Assembly (NCBI GenBank): GCA_035499415.1 | Contig: DATJYV010000029.1 | Coordinates: 589 to 64,588 of the forward strand | Length of the DNA: 64,000 nt | Reading direction: 5' to 3' | From: Bacteroidota bacterium | GTDB lineage: Bacteria > Bacteroidota > Ignavibacteria > UBA10030 | In this document: positions 28,580-37,100 of the stretch, piece by piece | Numbering within the stretch: position 1 is the stretch's first letter | Layout: each line of letters begins with the position of its first letter | Position numbers and translations under genes: made by a program | The notes under the pieces: model-generated | Seen by the model: the letters and a program-made list of their open reading frames with translations, nothing else | The model's database searches: none | Told to the model about the DNA's origin: nothing

Positions 28580-29929
28580 TTAGACTGCCTCGGCATCCGC
28601 CAACGCGAGCGCTTCATCCATCACCCGGACCCCTTCGTCGATCTCCTTTTCTGTAACGATCAACGGAGGTGCAACCACGAAGTGACTCACCCACGCCTGG
28701 ATGAAGACGCCGTTCTGCATCATACGTCCCGCAATTTTCTCGACCATCGCGGGGACTCCGCTCACTTTATCCCTGAACGAATTGAAATACGTTTTCTTTT
28801 TCCGGTCCTTCACCAATTCCACACCCCAGAACAGGCCGAGCCCGCGGACCTCGCCGATGCATTTGTGCCGATCCTGGAGAGCGCGAAGTTTCTTCCCGAG
28901 GTACGCTCCCATGGTCTCGGCGCGTTCGATAAGGTTCAGTCTTCGATATTCGTTGATCGCCGCGATCGCCGGCGCCAGGGTCAGCGGATGGGCCTCATAG
29001 GTGTGGCCGTGCGCAAAGAAGTGGTCGTCAAAGTGGGACGCGACTTTCATCGTCGTGGCACACAGGCCGAGGGGAACATACGCCGTCGTGATCCCCTTTG
29101 CCGTGACGAGGATGTCCGGCCGTACGCCCCAATGGTCGACCGCAAACCACTTCCCCGTCCTCCCCCAACCGCTCATCACCTCGTCCGCAATCAGCAGGAC
29201 GTTGTTCCGGTCGCAGATCTCACGGAGCCGCGGCATGTACTCTTTCGGCGGAATGAGCACGCCGTTCGTACCGACGACGGGTTCGACGATCACCGCCGCA
29301 ACGTCGCTCTCGTTTTCGATCATGTGCTCCAGGTAATCAGCACAGGCGATGTCGCAAGCGGGATACTCATGGTTGATTGGACAGTCGTAGCAGTTGACCT
29401 CCGGCCCGAAGATGACCCCCTGGACTTTGCTTGCGGGTTCCGCCGCCCACCGGCGGGGGTCTCCCGTCGCGGCGATCGACCCCATCGTTGAACCGTGATA
29501 CGACCGGTAGCGCGCGATGATCTTCGTCTTGCCCGTCACCATCCGGGCGATCTTGAATGCGGCCTCGTTCGCCTCGGTTCCCGAGGTCGTAAAGAAGAAC
29601 TTCTCCAACCCCTTGGGGAGCACCTCGAGCAACATCTTGCTCAATTCGGCCCGGACATCCGTCGCATAGCCGGGGGCGATGTACGGGAGTTTCCGCGCCT
29701 GCTCCTCGATCGCACGGATGACCGCCTGATTCTTGTGTCCCAGCTGGACGCACATGAGCTGAGACGAGAAATCAAGATACTTCTTCCCCGCCGCATCCGT
29801 GAAATAGCAACCTTCCGCGTCGACGACGTGAAGCGGTTTCCATCCCTTCTGGAACCGCCACGTGCCGTACGTATTCCGGGCGGTAATATCGGTGATTTCC
29901 TGTGAGGTGAGTGAAGACGCCATGGTCAA
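28580..29929 (-). CDS. Class-III (omega) aminotransferase, probable beta-alanine/3-aminoisobutyrate:pyruvate or 2-oxoglutarate transaminase
   Basis: 449 aa, PLP fold-type I. Conserved class-III aminotransferase segments with a PLP-lysine region. Operon context. Confidence 0.8.
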   Translation of the reverse strand: MTMASSLTSQEITDITARNTYGTWRFQKGWKPLHVVDAEGCYFTDAAGKKYLDFSSQLMCVQLGHKNQAVIRAIEEQARKLPYIAPGYATDVRAELSKMLLEVLPKGLEKFFFTTSGTEANEAAFKIARMVTGKTKIIARYRSYHGSTMGSIAATGDPRRWAAEPASKVQGVIFGPEVNCYDCPINHEYPACDIACADYLEHMIENESDVAAVIVEPVVGTNGVLIPPKEYMPRLREICDRNNVLLIADEVMSGWGRTGKWFAVDHWGVRPDILVTAKGITTAYVPLGLCATTMKVASHFDDHFFAHGHTYEAHPLTLAPAIAAINEYRRLNLIERAETMGAYLGKKLRALQDRHKCIGEVRGLGLFWGVELVKDRKKKTYFNSFRDKVSGVPAMVEKIAGRMMQNGVFIQAWVSHFVVAPPLIVTEKEIDEGVRVMDEALALADAEAV

Positions 29930-30058
29930 ATCCGTCCTGTCGTATTGTCGTGCTGACTGGAAACTATCTCAAAAACCCAGATCGCGTCACCCTGAAACCC
30001 CGTAACGAAGCACGGGGCGGGCAAGTTCAGCTTGACGGTAGCTATTTTGAGACAGCGT

Positions 30059-30934
30059 CTAACCATACGCTTCCACCAGTTCCTTGTACGATTCAGGCCT
30101 ACGGTCGCGGAAGAACTGCCACACCTGCCGCACTTCCTGAATCATATCCATCGAAAGGTCGGCAACGACAAGCTCATCTTTATCCCGGCTGGCCTGGGCG
30201 ATAATCTTTCCCCGCGGATTACAGAAATAGCTCTTCCCATAGAACTCGCCGATGTTCCAGGGAGGTTCCGTCCCGACGCGATTGATCGCCCCGACAAAGT
30301 AGCCGTTGGCAACCGCGTGGGCCGGTTGTTCCAGTTCCCACAGATACTCCGAAAGCCCTGCCACGGTGGCCGAAGGGTTAAACACGATCTCCGCACCGTG
30401 CAGGCCCAGCACGCGCGCCCCCTCGGGAAAGTGCCGGTCATAGCAAATGTAGACACCGATGTCGGCATACTTCGTCTTGAAAACGGGATAGCCGGTGTTC
30501 CCCGGCTTGAAGTAGAATTTCTCCCAGAACCCCGGGTCGACCTGCGGTATATGATGCTTCCGGTATTTTCCGAGATAGGATCCGTCTGCGTCGATCACGG
30601 CGGCAGAATTATAGTACACGCCCGTCATCTCTTCTTCATACACGGGAGCGATGATCACCATTCCATATTTTTTCGCGTACGACTGGATGAGTTTGATGGT
30701 CGGACCGTCCGGAACTCGCTCGACCATCGCGTACCACTTCGTTTTCTGTTCGGCACAGAAGTACGGGCCGTAGAACAACTCCTGCATGCATAATATTTGA
30801 ACGCCCTTCCCTCCGGCCTGCTCGATGAGATGGACATGCTTGTCCACCATGGCCTTTTTGATCTTCTCGATGGGTTGTTCCGTCGACTCGGCGAGCTTGC
30901 ACTGAATCAGTCCGCCCCTCACAATACGAGACAT
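30059..30934 (-). CDS. Beta-ureidopropionase / N-carbamoyl-beta-alanine amidohydrolase (nitrilase superfamily)
   Basis: 291 aa CN-hydrolase with the Glu-Lys-Cys triad context (GVYICYDRHFPE). GGAGG RBS 5 nt before the ATG. Confidence 0.8.
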   Translation of the reverse strand: MSRIVRGGLIQCKLAESTEQPIEKIKKAMVDKHVHLIEQAGGKGVQILCMQELFYGPYFCAEQKTKWYAMVERVPDGPTIKLIQSYAKKYGMVIIAPVYEEEMTGVYYNSAAVIDADGSYLGKYRKHHIPQVDPGFWEKFYFKPGNTGYPVFKTKYADIGVYICYDRHFPEGARVLGLHGAEIVFNPSATVAGLSEYLWELEQPAHAVANGYFVGAINRVGTEPPWNIGEFYGKSYFCNPRGKIIAQASRDKDELVVADLSMDMIQEVRQVWQFFRDRRPESYKELVEAYG

Positions 30935-30990
30935 GGGACCTCCTCGGTTGGGTCAAAGCGCACATCGAATGCGTGCGAATGGGACGAAAA

Positions 30991-31019
30991 ATGGTAGTGA
31001 CTATTTCACCTTTTGTCAA
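30991..31019 (-). promoter_or_regulatory. Candidate sigma70-type promoter (TTGACA-17nt-TACCAT) for the pyrimidine-catabolism operon
   Basis: On the minus strand: cTTGACAaaaggtgaaatagtcacTACCATttttcg, about 55 nt upstream of the beta-ureidopropionase ATG. Confidence 0.35.
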
Positions 31020-31195
31020 GCAGGGACGTTCGCCAGGGCTCGACAAAAAGCCCCTTCGTGCGGGGTTGCAGCGGCTGGCAATCAGCCTGTGGCGGTTGGC
31101 GCTCAGCTCATATTTTTGGAAGTGTGAACCTGAACTCGTAACGGAAGACTCGAACCTCACAACCTTCGGCTACCCATCAACATATTTTCCGCTCC

Positions 31196-31723
31196 TCATT
31201 TCCATCCCATCCGCTCTCGAAGCGAGGTGATATGCGCCGTGTGGTGGCGCCCATGCCAGGAGTAGACCTGAAGTACACGGTCGAGGTTCATCGTCCCCGA
31301 CTCGGGATGAACGATTGTCCGGGCGAAGTCCGTCGGCTTGAGGCTTCGGAGGAACACGACCCACCGTTCGTGGAGCGATTCGAGCATGCGAAGTGACATC
31401 TCAACGGGCGCACTTCTTGCTTCGGCCAATTCCGACCAGGATTTCTCGCTGTACGGCTTGATGGTCGGCTGGTTTTCTGTCATTCCGAGCTTAAAGCGGA
31501 TGTAGGCATTCATGTGACTGTCCGGTAAGTGATGAACGACCTGGCGCACGGTCCATCCCCCCGGGCGGTACGGCGTGTCGAGCTGTTCGTCCGTCAGGCC
31601 TCTGACCGCTTCCCGGAGGAGCGCCGGCGCTTCTGCGATCTGCCGGATGAGCGTTTCCCGTTCCTCCGGTGCGAGCGAAGGCTTGGGTGTCATTTTTCCG
31701 ATAGGGTAGCGAAGGTCTTCCAT
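31196..31723 (-). CDS. DinB/YfiT-like metal-dependent hydrolase or thiol transferase family protein
   Basis: 175 aa. The His triad context (VHHLPDSHMNAY...SWHGRHHTAH) is typical of DinB_2/YfiT four-helix-bundle proteins. Confidence 0.65.
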   Translation of the reverse strand: MEDLRYPIGKMTPKPSLAPEERETLIRQIAEAPALLREAVRGLTDEQLDTPYRPGGWTVRQVVHHLPDSHMNAYIRFKLGMTENQPTIKPYSEKSWSELAEARSAPVEMSLRMLESLHERWVVFLRSLKPTDFARTIVHPESGTMNLDRVLQVYSWHGRHHTAHITSLRERMGWK

Positions 31724-31794
31724 GCTGTTGCCCTCTCGAGGGTGAATCGTTCCGTTTGAATGCGATGGCGATGGAGTAAAAATTCTCAGCGCGC

Positions 31795-32886
31795 TTATGC
31801 CTGTGGCAGTGTGATTTTAACAACCGTTCCGTTCCCCGGCCGGCTCTGAACTTCCAGATTGCCGCCGTGAAGTTTGGCGAGGCGGGCGACAATCGTAAGC
31901 CCCAGCCCCGAACCCTGCTGTTCATAAATCTTTCGCTCAAATTGAACGAACGCCCCGATCCCGCCTATCTGCTCGGGAGACATGCCTCGTCCCTGGTCGG
32001 TCACCGAATAGACATAACCGTAATCACGGACTTCGGATTCGACCTTCACCGGCGATCCTGCCTTGGAGTACCGGAATGCGTTATCGAGGACTTCTTCCGC
32101 CATCTTCGAGAAATAGCCGGGTGCGATTGCGAGCGAAGAATCGACGAGCCGCACCAAAAGGTCGGACGACCTGTTGAACTCCTCCGATTTCACACGGCCC
32201 GTCCGTTCCAGCATCTCGGCAACGTTTATTGCGTGCGACTCTTCCCGCTGGTGCTCTGCATGGACTGCCGTCTGCTGGAGCTCGAGCTGCGCATACAGGA
32301 GATAATTTTCGACGAGACGCTGCAGCCGGCGGGCGTTCCGGTACATCCTCTCCGACATCCGCGCGATCTCGGCGGGCTGCAGGTCGTCGGATTGTTTGCG
32401 CATGAGGTCGGCATATCCGAGGATGCCGTTGAGCGGCGTGCGGAGTTCGTGCGGGAGCATGGCGCTCATGCTGATGCGAAGCTCATCCAGTTTTTTCCCC
32501 GCATCCTTCATCAGTCGACGATGCTTCTCCAGGCGCGCGTTCACGGCCGAAATGAGCTCCGCCCCGGTGAACGGTTTGGGAAGGTAATCGTCGGCGCCGA
32601 GCTCCATGCCGTGACGCATCCCTTCGCGGTCCGCCAGGGCCGTCATGAGAATGAACGGGATGCTGGCCGTCGAAGGGTTTTTTCGGATTGCCGAGAGCAT
32701 CTCGAATCCATCCACGACTCCCAGATGGATATCGCAGACGATAAGGTCCGGAAGTTGTTCCACCGCCAGTTCTATTCCTTCCGCGCCGTCGTCCGTCCCG
32801 AGCGTTTCAAACCCGTTCTGTCGCAGGACGCTGACGACAAACGCCTGCTGTGACCGCTCATCCTCTATGACCAGGACTTTTGTCAA
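31795..32886 (-). CDS. Hybrid response-regulator/histidine kinase (REC-HisKA-HATPase_c), cytoplasmic, no sensor domain
   Basis: The N-terminal receiver (KVLVIEDE...LIVCDIHLG) is followed by an H-box (LPHELRTPLNGILGYA) and an ATPase with N/G boxes. The probable start is TTG (MTKVLVIEDE), 4 nt after the GT2 stop. The longest ORF starts at 32946. Confidence 0.8.
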   Translation of the reverse strand: MTKVLVIEDERSQQAFVVSVLRQNGFETLGTDDGAEGIELAVEQLPDLIVCDIHLGVVDGFEMLSAIRKNPSTASIPFILMTALADREGMRHGMELGADDYLPKPFTGAELISAVNARLEKHRRLMKDAGKKLDELRISMSAMLPHELRTPLNGILGYADLMRKQSDDLQPAEIARMSERMYRNARRLQRLVENYLLYAQLELQQTAVHAEHQREESHAINVAEMLERTGRVKSEEFNRSSDLLVRLVDSSLAIAPGYFSKMAEEVLDNAFRYSKAGSPVKVESEVRDYGYVYSVTDQGRGMSPEQIGGIGAFVQFERKIYEQQGSGLGLTIVARLAKLHGGNLEVQSRPGNGTVVKITLPQA

Positions 32887-32890
32887 GTTG

Positions 32891-34197
32891 CTACCGGCGC
32901 TTCGGGCGGGAAAGGGGGATCGGCGAACGCGCGGCCTCCGGCACATCGAACCTTTTTGTCTTCTCCCAGAATTTCTTATCCTTCTTGAAATATTCCGTGT
33001 GGAGTGCCTTCAGGACGACGTAGATCCAGAGCTGGCAATAAGAAAAATACATGACGATCAGGAGGCCGACTTTTTTCAGGTCGTCCTCGCCGTCGAACGA
33101 GATCGCGAGCATGATTTCGAAAATGAAGAGGAAAAACGCGACGACCCACACAAATGTGTACGGTCCGGGAAGAGCGATGCTCACGAGGCTCGAGACGCTG
33201 AGGATGAACAGCAAATCGGAAATCAGAATCGCGCCGAAGAACACATAATACAGGGAGAGCGTGTACAGCAGGTCGAACGCGAGGCGGCGGTTTTTGAAGT
33301 TGGGGATGTGGCGGAAGAATTTTGAAACGACGTAATTGTTCCCTCGCACCCATCGCAGCCGCTGGCCGATCCACACGGACCATTCCTGCGGCTCCTGTTC
33401 GAACGTCACGGCGTAGGGAATGTATTTGATCCTGTATCCTTCCTCATAGATCCGGATGCTGAGCTCTGAATCCTCCGTGAGAGCGGCTTCGTCCCATCCC
33501 TGAAGGTCCCGGATGAGCTTCGTGCGGGCGACGAAATTCGTCCCCGGGAGGGTCGCGATGCCGTGCATCTCCCAACGGCCGGCCTGCAGCATGGACTGGA
33601 AGCTGAGCGTTTCGATGTTGATGAATTCTGTCAGGAGGTTGACATGTTTGTTGACGGTCCTGAACTTTCCGATGACGGCTCCGAGGTCGTCGTGCATCAC
33701 CAACTGTGCGACGAGATAGCGCAGGGCGCCCGGCTCCGGCGTGTTGTCGGCGTCGTAGATCGCCACGACATTCGAGCGTACGCGCTGAATCCCAAGGTTG
33801 AGCGCCCGGGCCTTTCCCCTGCCCCCTTCACCTTTGGGAACGTCGAACAGGATGATCCGCTTGTCCGCGCGGGCGTAGCGGCGCACGATATTCCGTGTTC
33901 CGTCCGTCGAGCCGTCGTTCACGACGACAATCGTCAACTTTCGGCGCGGGTAGTCCAGGGCCCTCATGGCATCCAGGGTTTGCGCGATCACCTTTTCTTC
34001 ATTATGCGCCGGGATGAGGATGGAACACGAGGGATAGTCTATTTCCATGGCGTCCACATCCGAGCGCTCGCGCATCGACCGGACATAATTCAGGAACCCG
34101 AAGACGGTCAGGACGAATTGGTACGCGATCATGAACCAGATGAGGATGACCGCGATGACGAACAGGAAGCTGAGGTCGACTTCGAACCAGGTCATCG
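32891..34197 (-). CDS. GT2 processive beta-glycosyltransferase (PgaC/IcaA/NodC/chitin-synthase-like polysaccharide synthase)
   Basis: N-terminal TMs, GT-A domain with DGSTD, YDADN (DxD) and GQRLRWVRGN (QxxRW), then 3-4 C-terminal TMs. The ATG (MTWFEVD...) overlaps the TGA of the upstream 1708-aa gene (ATGA). Confidence 0.8.
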
Positions 34198-37100
34198 CCG
34201 CGCGCTCCTGGCGGCGGGTTTTTTGCGCCCGACGACTTTCAGGCTGAGATACATGAGGAAGAGCGAAGTCACGGCTGCGGAGCCGAAAATGGCGATAGCC
34301 GTCGTCGACCACAGGCTTGTCACGTTGATCCCGTAGGAGAACTCGCCGCCGACTTCAATCTCCACCGAATGTTTTCCGGCCGGCAGGAGGAGACTGTAGC
34401 AATCATTCCCCTTGAGCACGGTCGGACGGACGGACTGGCCGTCGATCGTGAGGCCGGTCGGCTCGGCGTTGAGCGATACGATAGCACGGGGGCCGGAATC
34501 GTAGACCAGCGACGCGGAACGCATACCGTATGAGACGAACTCGAGATTCCCGGTGAACGACATGATCCTCGTTTGGAGTGCATGAGTGGAGAACGCACCC
34601 GCAGCGCCGGCTGCGAACCGGACTTCATGTTTCCCTGCGGGAATGAGGTACTCATTGTCCCGGAACGGCGAGAGGATGGCGCCGTCGACCGAGATCTCGG
34701 TGACCGTTCGGGGAAGCTTGAGATTGAAGGACGTGGGGCTCTCGAAATCATAGCCGGCGGCCGTCGGACTCGAGACGACGCGGCTCGCGGCGGCATACGG
34801 AAAGAACATCATGTCCTGCGGGTTGACTGTTTCTTCGCAGTAAATGGTAAATTTCCGGGCGCCCATCGAAGCCGCACGAACGAGCTGATAGCTTTCGACG
34901 CCCGTTTGAATGAGCGTCGGGAACGGCGTAACGACATCCTTCTTCCGGAAGCTCAGGATGTTGAGGTCGAGAGAAAGCCTGCTGCTGTCGCTCACAAATT
35001 TTTGATACATCGCCCCCATCGAAGCGTAGCGCGACGGATCCGTCGACCACAGCTTCTCCGGGTCTTCGACCTGCAGGATGAAGCCGTATTTATGCTGAAG
35101 CCGGATGATCTCCGACATGTCAGCGCCGTAATATTCCCGGAGTTCCGGCGAACCGAAGCTGTCCATGCCGGTCACGATCGTCTGGAACCCGGGCTTTGAC
35201 GCGGCCACATCCTGTGCCATCTTCAGCAGAATCTCGTATACTTCCGTGAGCTTCCCAACCCGATAATCGTCGACTTCCTGGCGCACTGCCGTGTTTTCGC
35301 GCCAGTAATAGAGTGAGCTCGGGTCGAAGATCTTCACAAGGTCAATCCCGTATTTCTTGCGAAACTCTCTCTGCGCGGAAGGATGCATCGGCGCGAACAC
35401 CCGCGGGTCCTCGTACCCGCGGCCTCCCTCGAAATAAAGCTCGGCGATGTTCACGCCGTCGAAATCGTACGCGAGGAGAAGTCTCCGGTACTCATCCGTC
35501 GCAGCTTCCACACACCGGGGGTCCGTCAGCGCCATGGCGTAACGCCACATCGGCGCGGCATCTTCCCCTTTGTAATTCTTTTCCCTCCATTCGGGATGCT
35601 GGTTCCAAAACTTCTGGCTCACCTGCGGCGGTTCGAGCCACGCATAGACAAGGATCCCGTTCGCGTGCGCGACGCGAATGAGCCGGCCGTAGTCGTACGT
35701 GTATTCCCGGTATTCGCGCAGCTTGGGATAATCGTGCCAGCCGGCAACATGCACGGCCCTGATTCCCTGGCCGACCCATCGCTTGACGAGGGCCTCAATA
35801 CTGTACGTCTGGCGAAGTCCGGGGTCGAAGAAGAAATCGAGCCCGTTGCGACGCACCACCGGACGAAGCCGAAAATACGACCGGACGTATTCCACGAAAT
35901 AAGGGTAGTGGGAATATCCTTCCTGTGACGTCGGGTCGAATCGGGCTCCAAGGAAGAGCACCTTTCCTTTCCCGTACCTCTTGCCGATGGCAAGAGGCGT
36001 TTCCGACTGTTCGTCCGAACAGAACGTCTCGTCCACCTCGTCCGCGTCGAATTTGTGGACGAGCTCCCAATTGCGCCAGGCGACGGGTTCCTCGGGGAAG
36101 AGATGATCCTCGACATGGAGGATCCTCTGCGTCGTTTGCACGTAGTGGATTCCGAATTCCTCCGCAAGGTCGTTCTTTCCGTCTGTCACGAGGTTTCCAC
36201 CGTCACGAACGAACTTCGTGATCGCGTCGTACTGCTCGTCCTTGAGCGAATCGACACTGCCGTAGGGGACGATGAGAAGATTGTAGCGGGCGAGGTTGAG
36301 GTTCTGGTCCGCGAAGATCGTATCGACGCGCAGGTTGACACTCCGGAGCGCGGAGACGAACGACGCCTGGTCGTTGTACGCCGCCCCTTTGACGTGATAG
36401 TCCCACAACACCGCCGGCCGCGCTTCCTGCCAGTCCTGGTCCGACTGAAACACGGTTTCGACCGCCCGCTCGGCCCGGTGGAAGACCTTTTCTGCGAGCG
36501 TCGCCTCGTGTTCATGGAACTCGGTCGGTTCGGCTTTGTAGAACTCCCCGGGGTTCAGGGTGATATGTTTCGTGATGGCCCCTTTGAGGCGGACGTCGGA
36601 TACGATACGCTTTGTCAATTCGCCGTTCGTATCAAAGTAGGCCTCGAGGAGATATTGGTCGTCGAGCGTGATCGTATAATCCTGGGTCCCCGCCAGAATC
36701 ACCCGGTCTTTGGTCTTCACCCATTGCTTCTGCTCCGTCAGGTCGGCAAATGTATATCCCAATTTTTCGATCCCTTCGACAAGCTCGTCGAGCAGGTCGA
36801 GGTCGAGAAACGAATGAAAGAAGCAGGCCGCGTATCCGTCCCGGACGTAGAGGTTCGCCTTCGCCCCCCGGATAATGTCCTGAACCGCCCGGCGGCTCAC
36901 ATTTTTATCTGCGTCGAGCGGCACGTAGCCGAGATTCTCCGGGTAGATTCGCTGGCCGTAGATGTCCTTCTTGATGACGTACGGGAACATCTGACTGTAC
37001 TCGTAGTTCTCGATCGCCAGGCGCTGTTCCATCGCAGAGCTGAAGTATTTTGCTATCGTGCGGTAGAGCAAAGTTGAAGCCGTGTAGTGCGGCGTCTCCC

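Noticed and set aside
27245-29491. 365-aa and 376-aa plus-strand ORFs antisense to preT and the aminotransferase
   Set aside because: No motifs and Arg-rich. The minus-strand genes are strongly supported by family signatures and operon context.
31031-31060. Stem-loop GGGCT-N8-AGCCC downstream of the DinB-like gene as a terminator
   Set aside because: The T-run sits in the loop rather than 3' of the stem. Not a canonical intrinsic terminator.
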